Shown here in pieces: positions 13,000 through 26,552 of a DNA stretch of 64,000 nucleotides (position 1 is the stretch's first letter; the number at the start of each line of letters is the position of its first letter). This DNA is from Mya arenaria. Lineage: Eukaryota. The position numbers were made by a program, and so were the translations under genes. The notes below the pieces were generated by a model. That model did no database searches. It was not told where the DNA came from and saw only the letters and a program-made list of their open reading frames with translations. The stretch is taken from the NCBI RefSeq assembly GCF_026914265.1, contig NC_069127.1, positions 1,681,682-1,745,681 of the forward strand, given 5' to 3'.

Positions 13000-15900
13000 T
13001 ACCGACATGCGACTCCGCGGTTATAGGCTTATCGTTGCCGCGGCCTCAATATCTTGGGAAGATGCGGCTCCGCGGTTATAGGCTTATCGTTGCCGCGGCC
13101 CCAATATCTTGGAAAGTTGCGACTAGGGGGTTATAGGCTTATCGTTGCCGCGGCCTCAATATCTTGGAAAGTTGCGACTCCGGGGTTATAGGCTTATCGT
13201 AGCTGCGTTCTCACTATCTTGGAAAGTTGCGGCTAGGGGGTTATAGGCTTATCGTTGCCGCGGCCTCAATATCTTGAAAGTTGCGACTCCGGGGTTATAG
13301 GCTTATCGTAGCCGCGGCCTCAATATCTTGAAAGTTGCGACTCCGGGGTTATAGGCTTATCGTAGCTGCGGTCTCACCAATATTGAAAGTTGCGGCTAAG
13401 GGGTTATAGGCTTATCGTAGCCGCGGCCTCAATATCTTGGAAAGTTGCGACTCCGGGGTTATAGGCTTATCGTAGCTGCGGTCTCACCAATATTGAAAGT
13501 TGCGGCTAAGGGGTTATAGGCTTATCGTAGCTGCGTTCTCACTATCTTGGAAAGTTGCGACTCCGGGGTTATAGGCTTATCGTTGCCGCGGCCTCAATAT
13601 CTTGAAAGTTGCGACTCCGGGGTTATAGGCTTATCGTAGCTGCGGTCTCACCAATATTGAAATTTGCGGCTAAGGGGTTATAGGCTTATTGTAGCCGCGG
13701 CCTCAATATCTTGGAAAGTTGCGGCTCCGGGATTATAGGCGTATCGTAGCCGCGGCCTCCAAATCTTGGAAAGTTTCGGCTGCGGGGTTAAAGGCTTTCG
13801 GTGGCCGCAGTCTCAATATCTTGAAAAGGTGCGACTCCAGGGCTAAAGGCGTATTGTAGCCGCGGCCTCAATATCTTGGAAAGTTGCGACTCCGGGGTTA
13901 AAGACTTATCATAGCCGCAGTCTCAATATTATGAAAAGGTGCGACTCCAGGGTTTAAGGCTTTTTGTAGCCGCGGCCTTAATATCTTGGAAAGTTGCGGC
14001 CCCGGGGTTATATGCTTATCGTAGCCGCAGTCTCAATATCTTGGAAAGTTGCGGCTCCGGGGTTATAGGCTTATCGTAGCCGCAGTCTCAATATCTTGGA
14101 AAGTTTCGGCTCCGGAGTTATAGGCTTATCGTAGCCGCGGTCTCAATATCTTGGAAAGTTTCGGCTCCGGGGTTATAGGCTTATCGTAGCCGCGGTCTCA
14201 ATATCTTGGAAAGTTGCGGCTCCGGGGTTATAGGCTTATCGTAGCCGCAGTCTCAATATGTTGGAAAGTTTCGGCTCCGGAGTTATAGGCTTATCGTAGC
14301 CGCAGTCTCAATATCTTGGAAAGTTGCGGCTCCGGAGTTATAGGCTTATCGTAGCCGCGGTCTCAATATCTTGGAAAGTTGCGACTCCGGAGTTATAGGC
14401 TTATCGTAGCCGCGGTCTCAATATCTAGGAAAGTTGCGGCTCCGGAGTTATAGGCTTATCGTAGCCGCGGTCTCAATATCTTGAAAAGTTTCGGCTCCGG
14501 GGTTATAGGCTTATCGTAGCCGCGGTCTCAATATCTTGGAAAGTTGCGGCTCCGGAGTTATAGGCTTATCGTAGCCGCGGTCTCAATATGTTGGAAAGTT
14601 GCGGCTCCGGGGTTATAGGCTTATCGTAGCCGCGGTCTCAATATCTTGGAAAGTTGCGGCTCCGGAGTTATAGGCTTATCGTAGCCGCGGTCTCAATATC
14701 TTGGAAAGTTTCGGCTCCGGGGTTATAGGCTTATCGTAGCCGCGGTCTCAATATCTAGGAAAGTTGCGACTCCGGAGTTATAGGCTTATCGTAGCCGCGG
14801 TCTCAATATGTTGGAAAGTTGCGGCTCCGGGGTTATAGGCTTATCGTAGCCGCGGTCTCAATATCTTGGAAAGTTTCGGCTCCGGGGTTATAGGCTTATC
14901 GTAGCCGCGGTCTCAATATCTTGGAAAGTTTCGGCTCCGGAGTTATAGGCTTATCGTAGCCGCGGTCTCAATATCTAGGAAAGTTGCGGCTCCGGAGTTA
15001 TAGGCTTATCGTAGCCGCGGTCTCAATATCTTGGAAAGTTGCGGCTCCGGGGTTATAGGCTTATCGTAGCCGCGGTCTCAATATCTTGGAAAGTTGCGAC
15101 TCCGGAGTTATAGGCTTATCGTAGCCGCGGTCTCAATATCTAGGAAAGTTTCGGCTCCGGAGTTATAGGCTTATCGTAGCCGCAGTCTCAATATCTAGGA
15201 AAGTTGCGGCTCCGGAGTTATAGGCTTATCGTAGCCGCAGTCTCAATATCTTGGAAAGTTTCGGCTCCGGAGTTATAGGCTTATCGTAGCCGCAGTCTCA
15301 ATATCTTGGAAAGTTTCGGCTCCGGAGTTATAGGCTTATCGTAGCCGCGGTCTCAATATCTTGGAAAGTTGCGGCTCCGGGGTTATAGGCTTATCGTAGC
15401 CGCGGTCTCAATATCTTGGAAAGTTGCGGCTCCGGGGTTATAGGCTTATCGTAGCCGCGGTCTCAATATCTTGGAAAGTTTCGGCTCCGTGGTTATAGGC
15501 TTATCGTAGCCGCGGTCTCAATATCTTGGAAAGTTGCGGCTCCGGGGTTATAGGCTTATCGTAGCCGCAGTCTCAATATCTTGGAAAGTTTCGGCTCCGG
15601 AGTTATAGGCTTATCGTAGCCGCGGTCTCAATATCTTGGAAAGTTGCGGCTCCGGGGTTATAGGCTTATCGTAGCCGCGGTCTCAATATCTAGGAAAGTT
15701 GCGGCTCCGGAGTTATAGGCTTATCGTAGCCGCGGTCTCAATATCTTGGAAAGTTGCGGCTCCGGAGTTATAGGCTTATCGTAGCCGCGGTCTCAATATC
15801 TTGGAAAGTTGCGGCTCCGGAGTTATAGGCTTATCGTAGCCGCAGTCTCAATATCTAGGAAAGTTGCGGCTCCGGGGTTATAGGCTTATCGTAGCCGCGG

Positions 15901-16790
15901 TCTCAATATCTTGGAAAGTTTCGGCTCCGGGGTTATAGGCTTATCGTAGCCGCAGTCTCAATATCTTGGAAAGTTTCGGCTCCGGGGTTATAGGCTTATC
16001 GTAGCCGCGGTCTCAATATGTTGGAAAGTTTCGGCTCCGGGGTTATAGGCTTATCGTAGCCGCAGTCTCAATATCTAGGAAAGTTGCGGCTCCGGGGTTA
16101 TAGGCTTATCGTAGCCGCAGTCTCAATATGTTGGAAAGTTTCGGCTCCGGGGTTATAGGCTTATCGTAGCCGCGGTCTCAATATCTTGGAAAGTTTCGGC
16201 TCCAGGGTTATAGGCTTATCGTAGCCGCGGTCTCAATATCTTGGAAAGTTTCGGCTCCGGGGTTATAGGCTTATCGTAGCCGCGGTCTCAATATCTTGGA
16301 AAGTTTCGGCTCCGGGGTTATAGGCTTATCGTAGCCGCGGTCTCAATATGTTGGAAAGTTTCGGCTCCGGAGTTATAGGCTTATCGTAGCCGCAGTCTCA
16401 ATATCTAGGAAAGTTGCGGCTCCGGGGTTATAGGCTTATCGTAGCCGCAGTCTCAATATCTAGGAAAGTTTCGGCTCCGGGGTTATAGGCTTATCGTAGC
16501 CGCGGTCTCAATATGTTGGAAAGTTTCGGCTCCGGAGTTATAGGCTTATCGTAGCCGCAGTCTCAATATCTAGGAAAGTTGCGGCTCCGGGGTTATAGGC
16601 TTATCGTAGCCGCGGTCTCAATATGTTGGAAAGTTTCGGCTCCGGAGTTATAGGCTTATCGTAGCTGCGGCCTCAATATCTATGAATGTTGCGGCTCCGG
16701 GGTTATAGGCTTATCGTAGCTGCGGCCTCAATATCTATGAATGTTGCGACTCCGGGGTTAAAGGTTTATCGTAACCGCCGTCTAAATGGC
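13000..16790. repeat. satellite DNA with a 55-bp unit (GTTGCGGCTCCGGGGTTATAGGCTTATCGTAGCCGCGGTCTCAATATCTTGGAAA), about 65-70 highly homogeneous copies; more divergent ~60-bp variants at the 5' edge (13000..13700)
   Basis: I measured the period from successive occurrences of CGGCTCCGG (14052, 14107, 14162). The few variable positions are G/T at GTTGCGG vs GTTTCGG, G/A at CCGGGG vs CCGGAG, and CGG vs CAG. Confidence 0.95.
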
Positions 16791-18827
16791 GATGGGGTCG
16801 AGGTTTATTATACCAAGAAACTGTTACCGGCTGTGACACATGACATTACCTACATGTACCTAACAGATTCTCACATAATCCGATGTTTCTTAAGCAACAT
16901 TTTAGCAAAAGAAGTATTTTTCTTTACGTCTTTCTAAAAAGGAAACAACATCGTGATATTGAACCAGAGACGTTTTCTTTCCTGTACGATTTTTTATATT
17001 TCTCAAGACATTGTCATAATATTATAATTAAAGTTCAAATAGTTATATTGCATGAATGGCTCTGTAACACACGTTAATAAACTGGAAACGCATTTGGAAA
17101 ACAAATCGGTGACCAGTGCCATGGTCGTTGTGTATTTTTCTCTGCCAGACCTTTTTTAATAGTTGTAATTACATTGTTTTTTGGAAAGTTCATCCCAAAA
17201 TTTCCCTACAAAACAGGACAGTGCAAACTAGTACATTACAAATTATACATGTTTTTTTCATTAATCATTTCAATTCAGCAATCTTAATTCCTCTTCAAAT
17301 AAACATGTATTGTGTATGTCAATATATACTCAGTAGATGTCATACGAGGGATGAACGCAGTTAAAATAGTTTTTAATCTTCTATGACAGTATCACTGCAT
17401 GTTGTGCTTCTCCGTAGAATCGTTGTACGTCAATAGATGAAAAGGTAAAACCTAGCCTTACTTTTTATATCAATCTTTTTTATGACAGCACAGTATGAAA
17501 CTATAGGTAGTTCCATTAAGTATTAATGAAAGTTTATTGAATACTTCTCCAAATAACTTTAACGCTTATTCGAATGTTTGCCTTTAAAGAAATATCAATA
17601 CAAGATAAACATTTCATGCTGTCAGATAACTGTTCGCTGTTTTCTTTGAAATGTCTAATTGTACTGAAAATGCATTTCATCTAGTTTACTCATTGACTGC
17701 ATTATGGGAAGCAACTCGTACTAAATCGCAGAACAGTCCAGTCCTTTCGTACTGAATCAAGTCACGATCGCCTACGATCAACCTTTTCGATGTCTGACTA
17801 GTGGGGCGGCTAAGCATGAAACCGAGCACAAAGGGTTAAAAGCATGACACTTGGCACATATATAAACATCCCCATACTGATTATTTTAAGTCAGCAGCGC
17901 CCCCTAGTGAATGGCCGCCAAAATGGCCGACCATTTTTTTCAAATGCTTTTTCTTTGTAACTATATGTCATAACTCATGGTTTGGGTGTCTAAATATACA
18001 TATTTCAGGCCAAGAAAGCCACAACAAATGATTTATGGAGTATTTTTAATTCAAAAAATACTTTTGTATAATTTAATATGGCCATTTTTGGCAACATCAC
18101 CGACGGGTATTTAACGATCATGATCCTGCATGGTATCTAGGAAATACATAAAAGTTACCGGACCCAAAATTGTTTAATATATGGTCTTTCCCCAGTAAGC
18201 TTTCTTCCAACGTGGGACACAAGGCTGCAACGACATTCCCTCATCGGGTCGTGTTTGAACCCATCCCATGTGTTTGTTCTAAAAAACCCATAACTCTGCC
18301 ACCACTGTTCTTAGTTACGTTATGTAGTCCTTACCTCTCTTTTGCCATCCAAAAAGTGTCTGTCGCATGATCACACCAGATTATGTTGTTACTAATTAAA
18401 AAGACCGGTCAAGCCAGATAATCCTATTGCAGCAGTTGCACCATCAAAGGATAATGTCTGGTCCAGGAACAACTATGGGAACTGCTCAGTATATAGGAGC
18501 TGACCAAGGCTGACTGCATACCATGCTTCCTTACAGCAGGATGAAATAGCTCCTAGTACTGTTGAGGCCCTTAGCTCATGTTCCTTGAATTCGTACAGTC
18601 GGAAACCATGATAAAAACACTCGATAAAAATAGCTTAGGCTGCAATAGAATACCTCAACACTGGGCAATTTTCAGTGCTAGTAATGGATCAACCACTGTT
18701 TGCAATTGCAAAATCAATCCAGTGCAGTACATGGAGAAGAATATCTTATCATGGTTTGTGGACTAAACATTGAGATAACAGCATTCAAAGTCATTGACGA
18801 CTGCCATGTTGGAAGTGATTAGGCAAC

Positions 18828-19170
18828 TTCCATCTTTAATGCCGGGATTGCAACCAGTGAAGTCGATGACTCCCTGTTGAAAGCCATACGTTTAACCAGG
18901 ACAAGGCATGCATAACAGATAGCAGGTGCTGAAATCTGAATCCTGCAGCATGATGCCTAGGACAGATACAACCAAACTATGTTAGCGGAAGAGAACTTAC
19001 TTTAATGCCGGGATTGCAACGAGTGAAGTAGATGACTCCCCGTTGAAAGCCATACTTTTAACCAGGACAATTAAGGCATGCCTAACAGATAGCAGCTGCT
19101 AAAATATGAATCCTGCAGAATGATGCCTACGACAGATACAAACAAACTATGCTAGCGGAAGAGAACTTAC
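18828..19170. repeat. tandem duplication of a ~170-bp unit
   Basis: Blocks 18828..18998 and 18999..19170 share TTTAATGCCGGGATTGCAAC..GTTGAAAGCCATAC..CTGCAGNATGATGCCTA. Confidence 0.7.
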
Positions 19171-19999
19171 AGAGGTGCACAAACTGGTGTGGCAAGATGA
19201 CAGCAGAGCAACCACATTTTAAATATTAGTTCGTTATGCTTAAAATGGAAAATGTGTGTTTTAGATCATCGAAACAATCAGGACAGCAAATTTCTGAGCT
19301 ACCAAGACTGCGTGCAAAGTTCATCCCATGGGAATTCAGTTTTGACCATATCAATTATGCTATAGATCGGTGCATATCAGAGACATATACTCTCTGTCAG
19401 AAATGCACCCTGCCATCTACGAAGAGCTTGTTGCAGGAAAGTTAATTGCACACAAAACAAACTGTCCATTCACGGCCAAAGAGCACTTGATGAAGCACAG
19501 GCAAATGCCAATGTGAAAGCTGATGGTTAGGATGTAGGCTTGACAGACAATCCACTTGCGCTACAACGCTGGATGGTTGTAGGCCCCGAAATATTAAAAA
19601 TGGTGGCAGAATTTAAAGATGACACCATTCATGGTTCAACTGAACACTTTGAACTACAGCTGTTCAAACCTCATTTTCCAAGGAAGTGAAGGCTATCGTT
19701 GAGGTCTTTGAAGAAACGTGAAATCTTTTTAAAGAGAACAGTGGTGACCTGCTTACACTGGACACAAAGCTCATTATGGACTCTGAGGTTCATACAATTA
19801 TAGAAAAGGCGTACAAAGTGGGCCAGGAGCACTATGACCTTTACGTCAAAGAAAGGTCTGTTGATCAAACAAAGTCAGTCAATGACCGAATAATGAAAAA
19901 TAAACTTCCAGGTTCGGTTCCATCAATGAAGGAAAAATGTTTCCTGTTTTCCAGATTGTATATTGAATGCCAATCCAGGGAAGGAAATTTTAAAGACTT

Positions 20000-21780
20000 T
20001 TGCAAAGACAAAAAACAGTCATAGCCTCCAACACTCTTGGAAGGTGGACACTAAGATCTGGGAACAAGACATACTTATTTGTAGAGCTCTGGCTTGACCA
20101 TTACTATTCACCAGGATCCCCACTTCTCTTTTGGTTCTCCAGGATCACTTACTACTCGCCACAATTCACCAGGATCACTCAACACTCGCCACTATTCGCC
20201 AGGATCACTCAACACTCATTACTATTCACCAGGATCCCCACTTCTCTTTTGGTTCTCCAGGATCACTTACTACTCGCCACAATTCACCAGGATCACTCAA
20301 CATTCGCCACTATTCACCAGGATCACTCAACACTCGCCACTATTCGCCAGGATCACTCAACACTCATTACTATTCACCAGGATCCCCACTTCTCTTAATG
20401 GTTCTCCAGGATCACTTACTACTCGCCACAATTCACCAGGATCACTCAACATTCGCCACTATTCACCAGGATCACTCAACACTCGCCACTATTCGCCAGG
20501 ATCACTCAACACTCATTACTATTCACCAGGATCCCCACTTCTCTTAATGGTTCTCCAGGATCACTTGCTACTCGCCACAATTCACCAGGATCACTCAACA
20601 CTCGCCACTACTCACCAGGATCACCCACTACTCGCAATTGTTCTTAAGGATCACCAACTACTCGCCACAATTCGCCAGGATCACTCAACACTCGCCACTA
20701 TTCACCAGGATCACCCACTACTCGCCTTGATTCTCAAGGATCACCAACTACTCGCCACAATTCGCCAGGATCACTCAACACTCGCCAATATTCGCCAGGA
20801 TCACCCACTTCTCGACGCTTTTCACCATTTACTCCCAGCACGATTAACCATTACCACCCATTTCTCGCCACGATTCACCACAATCACCTAAAACTCGCCA
20901 CAACTCACCAGGACCACAAAATACTCGCCACGATTCGCCAGGATCACTCAACACTCGCCACTACTCACCAGGATCACCCACTACTCGCCATGGTTCGTAA
21001 GGATCACCAACTACTCGCCACGATTCGCCTGGATCATTCAACACTCGCCACTATTTACCAGGATCACCCACTACTCGCCTTGGTTCTCAAGGATCACCAA
21101 CTACTCGCCCCAGTTCGTCATGATCACTCAACACTCGCCACTTTTCATCAGGATCACCTACTATTCGCCTTGATTCTCAAGGATCACCAACTACTCGCCA
21201 CAATTCGCCAGAATCAATCAACACTCGCCAATATTCGCCAGGATCACCAACTTCTCAACGCTTTTCACCATTTACTCTCAGCACGTGTCACGATTAATCA
21301 TTATCACCCATTTCTCGGCACGATTCACCAGGATAATCTTATACTGGCCACTAATATCACCAGGACCACACAAAATTCGCCACGATTCGCCAGGATCACT
21401 CAACACTCGCCACTACTCACCAGGATCACCCACTACTCGCCATGGTTCTTACGGATCACCAACTACTCGCCACGATTCGCCAGGATCACTCAACACTCGC
21501 CACTACTCACCAGGATTACCCACTACTCGCCTTTATTCTTAAGGATCACCAACTACTCGCCCCGATTCGCCAGGATCACTCAACACTCGCCACTTTTCGC
21601 CAGGATCCCCACTTCTCGCCTTGGTTCTCAAGGATCACCAACTACTCGCCCCAACTCGCCAGGATCACTCAACACTCGCCACTATTCACCAGGATCACCC
21701 ACTTCTCGCCATGGTTTTCCAGGATCACCAACTACTCGCCACAATTCACCAGGATCACTCGACACTCCATTTTAAGTCCT
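20000..21780. repeat. minisatellite with a 30-bp unit (CCAGGATCACTCAACACTCGCCACTATTCG and variants), about 55-60 copies
   Basis: The long ORFs at 20094..20891 and 20990..21775 translate as 10-aa repeats (HQDHSTLATI) and are artefacts of the repeat. Confidence 0.9.
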
Positions 21781-23771
21781 ACAATGCATTATCATATCTT
21801 GGGTCAAGCAAATTGATGTTTCGTTCGACAGATTGTTCGCACTTGTTTTTCCAAAATTGCAAAAAAGGTACAATGATGTATTATTAGTATTAAAACGTTG
21901 GGGTGGGGTGGGGGCGGGGTGGCGGGTAATTGTACAACAGTCATTTATTATGCGTTCCAATTACAGTATTACTAGCAGCAGTTTCAGTAGCAGTTGTAGA
22001 AGTAGCACCAGTATAAAGGTAAATTGCCCATGTAGGATATAAGTGTAAATAAAAGTGTTTCACAATACAGTAATATTTATCGCAAGCATCCTTCTTTTTT
22101 GGGTCCTTAATTGTATTTCTTTCTCTTGTTTAAAGAATATTTTTTAAAAACAACAACAAGAAATGACTTTTGTATTGATACTTGATCGTTCCTTTGATAT
22201 TAATTGGATTTCCATTTTTTTGTAATAAGTATATAGGCTATTTATTTTTACTTGTATGTATTGTGTGATTGACTATTTCATGATTAAGTTGAGAACCGTG
22301 ACCGTGTGTTGCTAATCTTTGAATAAAATAAACGTGTTTGGACATTTTAATTGTAATATGCCATCACTCATTCCACATGATTATTGGTCGCACAATGGTT
22401 GATCTTTCCGCGAAATTTTAACAGATACAATATGTTTTCTAATTACTCGTATATAACTATACCACTTTTAAAAATCACTGTGGGAAAACCCGCCTTTATT
22501 TTCTCTACCGATGAAGTGATGTTTAGTATTATATTTATATCTGATTCGGCAACTTTAAAATACAAAGTATAAAACGTAAAATTACAAAAAAAAAATGTCT
22601 GTAGTTCTTGTATTTTGTGTTGTCTGCCGCATACCATACAATTGGCCGATTGTAATTACAATTTTAATGTACAAAACTGTTGTCTGTCACTTTAAAAAAC
22701 AACAAACAACACTGTTGTCTGTTTCGAGCGATATACGGAAGTAATGAAAAATAACTAAAATTAGATAAAGAAGTAATAGAAAATCGTCATTCTCCTGTGA
22801 CATTCAATGTCCATTGTCAATTTCCAACCGATTTTAAAGAAGCTCAAGAAAAATATCAGGTAAACATTGAATGCAATAATAATTTTGTAGGGAGTCGAGC
22901 CTTTTTCTGCTCATCTCATAGGTCAGAATGACCAATTCCCAATGCCAAATAAGTATATTTTCCCAATTTCAAGAAAACCCTCCCAATGAGATGAAACTGC
23001 TGTCATGAGAAGCCTGGCTCACCCCCACCCTTATTGCAGGCGTGAGATACACTAATACGGACAGCGGGAGCAAATGATTTGGAAATTTGTTCATCCATAA
23101 TCAGTACTTTTCAGTGACATTCATGGTTAAATATACTAATTTCACAGATTTATGTTGCCAAAAATGATGGTTTTGTTGATTTTTTTTATTCTCAATATCG
23201 GCACTTATTACCGAAATATCTCAATTTATGCAGGTACTTGATCCTAAATTTAAAAAACAAAAGGCTTGAAATTTCTTCCCAAATTTGTAGATTTTACGAC
23301 GCAAATTTTCCAAATGGTCAAGTGTATTTTTTCCAAAATGGACAGAAAATGCCCTGTAAGTTGACAGTTGTCAAATCTTAGCAAATCATACTCCGGTCTG
23401 CAGGTCAAAAGTAAACCTGAGGGGAAAAGTGTACCCTGTGTTGATATTGAATCAATTTCAAACTTTAAATAATGATCATATTTCCGACTAAGGTCTGAAT
23501 GGCATTGCATGGAGAAAGTAGGACACATTGCAGCTTAATGCCAGATGCTAAAGGGTTCATACTCAACTAAAAATTTTCCAAATATATAAATGAATACTGG
23601 GTAGTTACAAATGGTGCGAAATACATGTGTACAAGAAGTTGGATAAAGGTCATAATGTTATTTAAAGTGGCTGCAGGAATTATACTTGGCCAAGGATTAC
23701 TTAACTGGTGTTCGAAGAAAGCAACATGAGTGCTAGGATGTGCCTAGAAGCTTAATGGAGGGAGGATGGTA

Positions 23772-23937
23772 CAGTCGAACCCCATTGGCTCAAACTCACT
23801 TGGCTCGAATTCCCCATTAGCTTGAACTAGATATTATTTCTTAATACTGAGGGTAAACAATCCGCTAGGCTCAAATTTTTCGAGGCTCGAGGTATTTTCG
23901 CCAGTCCCTGGGATTTCGAGCCAATGGGGTTTGACTG
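23772..23937. mobile_element. MITE (~166 bp), Tc1/mariner (Stowaway-like): TIR CAGTCGAACCCCATTGGCTC, flanked by TA
   Basis: Inverted termini at 23772 and 23937. TA at 23770-71 and 23938-39. Same family as the longer copy at 27720..28455. Confidence 0.6.
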
Positions 23938-24284
23938 TATAAGGTGTGGTTAGGAACCAACTGCCCAGTTAGTTCAGTTGGTGCTCAGTCAAATAAAGCA
24001 TGTGCTATTGCCACAACTGTACACTTTTCCTCTCAGGTTTTCTTTAATCATATTGGTTGTCATTAAGCCAAAAAAATATCTGATATCAATATAGGTACAT
24101 ACTAAATAAATATTTTTTTACTGAATGGATAATTACAGCTGTGGGATATACTTTCTTTGATGATTGTTTTAGATTCCAACATGTGAGTACTAGTTATATG
24201 TTGCTTTGAAAATTGTTAATACATCCTGAAAGAACGAATGATTATATGTTACTGTTATTCAATGTTTTGCTCTAACTTTTAGAC

Positions 24285-24407
24285 ATGTTTAATGGGTGTC
24301 AAATTGTGCTGGACCTGACCACTGCTGTCAAGTTCAAAGAGAAGACAAAACTGAGAAAGGACATCACTTCCAATGGAGGAATTGTTTCCTTCATTGTCAC
24401 TAAGAAG
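24285..24407 (+). CDS. PARP4: PARP4 exon 1 (start codon; BRCT N-terminus MFNGCQIVLDLTTAVKFKEKTKLRKDITSNGGIVSFIVTKK)
   Basis: ATG at 24285 immediately after an acceptor (ttttag), which implies an upstream non-coding 5' exon. Donor AAG|gtaaac at 24408. Confidence 0.75.
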
Positions 24408-24676
24408 GTAAACCATCTCTTGTTCTGTTGTCAGTTATGCTTGTTTAACAGGCTGTATGCTGCCATTATAGGGCATCAAACCCAGGAACCTTGCTTTTCC
24501 AATTAATCTAGCCCTGGTAACTCAGATACTCTCTCATCTATGTAATACCATATTGTAACAATTGTATTGGCTGTACATGTTTGTAGTTCTTTTATCTGAT
24601 GTGAGTTCTGACCTCACATGTTTTTAAGACTTAGATGATTTTAAAAACTTTAAATGATTTTAAAACATGTATATGT

Positions 24677-24868
24677 ATTTTAGAGTACCCATGTGGTATG
24701 CACCGACTCATGTATTTCAGAGTACTCATGTGGTATGCAATGACTTATGTATTTCAGAGTACTCATGTGGTATGCAATGACTCATGTATTTCAGAGTACT
24801 CATGTGGTATGCAATGACTCATGTATTTCAGAGTACCCATGTGGTATGCAATGACTCATGTATTTCAG
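24677..24868. repeat. tandem repeat with a 37-bp unit (AGTACTCATGTGGTATGCAATGACTCATGTATTTCAG) x5 in PARP4 intron 1; each unit contains a copy of the exon-2 acceptor plus the first ~29 nt of exon 2
   Basis: Direct repeats end exactly at the exon 2 boundary. Copies of TATTTCAG|AGTACTCATGTGGTATGCAATGAC match the real acceptor and the exon start. Confidence 0.85.
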
Positions 24869-25067
24869 AGTACTCATGTGGTATGCAATGACTCAGGCAA
24901 GGCTACAGACTCGTACAAGTGTCGTATGGGTGTGAAGTATGGGATCCCTGTTGTGTCCCCCCAGTGGGTGCATGCATGTCTAGAGGCAGGCAAGCTACAG
25001 AACACTGACAACTTTCTCATGTTAGGCGAGTCAAAGGCTGATGGCCTTAAAGAAGGAAAGATATCAG
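24869..25067 (+). CDS. PARP4: PARP4 exon 2 (rest of BRCT: STHVVCNDSGKATDSYKCRMGVKYGIPVVSPQWVHACLEAGKL..)
   Basis: The acceptor tatttcag at 24867-68 is the last copy of a tandemly repeated acceptor. Donor CAG|gtaggt at 25068, phase 1 out. Confidence 0.7.
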
Positions 25068-26176
25068 GTAGGTTTGTGCATAGTTTTGTGTATACCTTAT
25101 CTTGTGGTTATTTAGGGGACAGTATACAGTTATTTCATGGTTATTTGGGTAACAGTCGAAACTGTTGTCCCCAGGTGGAGGGCATGACATATGAATATAT
25201 GCCCAATGCCAGTTCATAATACCATCATGACACCAAGGGATAACAGTTTTGACTATTGCCAAAAATAACTGTTTTATTACTTGATCAAAATTTAAAAAAA
25301 TCAAATAAGCATTAATTATATGCATTCTAAAAAATAAAGTTTGGAAATTCCAATGATGTCATAGTGCGTGAGGGAAACATTTCAAATATCACCGCTTTGA
25401 TACCTGTTTGTGATGCTTTACAAACTATTGAAGTCAATTTTGCACCTTATTTAATTCATTATAATCTGTCTACACTGTATGTTATAGATAAGTCAACCCT
25501 TTAGTTAAGGTATGTCAGTGTTTAAGCTTATAGTTTTTAAAGATGCTTTTAGGGTTGGTTAGAGTTGAGATGTAGGATGGTACAAGTCAGTGTAAGCCTG
25601 ACCGGTTTAAATAAAAATAAATATGCTCTTGGTGGGCCTCAAAATACCCCTTTTAGGCATACCCTGGGACTATCTCAAAACTGCTGTGTTACAGAGAGGA
25701 TTAGATATGTTAGATGGGACATGTCAGTGTGAGTCTGGCTGGTTTAAATCTCCAGTGAGTTCTTATTTAAGTTTCCACTGACTGTGTCAAGGTGGTCAAA
25801 ACGATATTATGTGTTTATCATTATGTGACATTTGGTGTCCCTTGTTTTGGTCTTGAACCTTATCTTGGCAATATTTTAGGCTGCTGGGCTTGTTGGTACT
25901 TGGGTAGTTTTAAATGATAAAATGTCAGGGTTTGTTTTTACGCATTACTGGCAAGTACTTTTTATTTATATCCATATTTTGGTGTGAGACTAAAACAGTT
26001 ATATTAATGAAAGTATAGTAAACAACATTCAATATTACATTAAACAACTAAAACTGTAATAATTGAAAGTATAGTAAATAACATTTAATATTACATTATA
26101 CAAATTTTTTTGCCAAAATCTATCTGACATATTTCGATTTGTTTTACTACATCATCCATGTGTTAACGTTTTCCAG

Positions 26177-26325
26177 CTACAAGATATCAGAAGAAGGAGA
26201 AGAAGAAGGAGTTTAAGTCAGTTGTCAACGTTCACGGGATCAAGGCCTGGAGGGTTGAGGATAAGAACACGCCCTCGTATACAGATGACTATCAAGTGGC
26301 CAAGTTTGCCATGTTCAAAGGAGAG
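26177..26325 (+). CDS. PARP4: PARP4 exon 3 (..YQVAKFAMFKGE)
   Basis: Acceptor ttttccag at 26175-76, phase 1 in. Donor GAG|gtaaca at 26326. YQVAKF aligns with human FEVAKY. Confidence 0.7.
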
Positions 26326-26552
26326 GTAACAAAATATGGCAGCAGGCCCTGAAAAGTATTATTATATATTCTTGTCACATCCATTTGTAAAATAATGTAT
26401 ACCGGTATAAAAGATGTGACATTGGCTGAATGGAATAATTCTCAGAAACAAGTTGAATGTGAAAGCAACCATTTTAGAAATGAGATACATTGGCAGAGAT
26501 GTTGTGTTGTCAAGGCTTTTGTGAAAACTTGAGTTTCTCTCTCCTTCAACAG

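Noticed and set aside
12950-16790. Regular 55-bp direct repeats might suggest a CRISPR array
   Set aside because: There are no unique spacers between repeats: the array is one contiguous satellite unit. The context is eukaryotic, with introns, SINEs and MITEs. It is not a CRISPR array.
20000-21816. Long + strand ORFs (132 to 265 aa) through 20000..21816
   Set aside because: They translate as perfect 10-aa iterations (HQDHSTLATI / SPGSLNTRHY) of the 30-bp minisatellite unit and are open in several frames. This is a repeat artefact, not coding.
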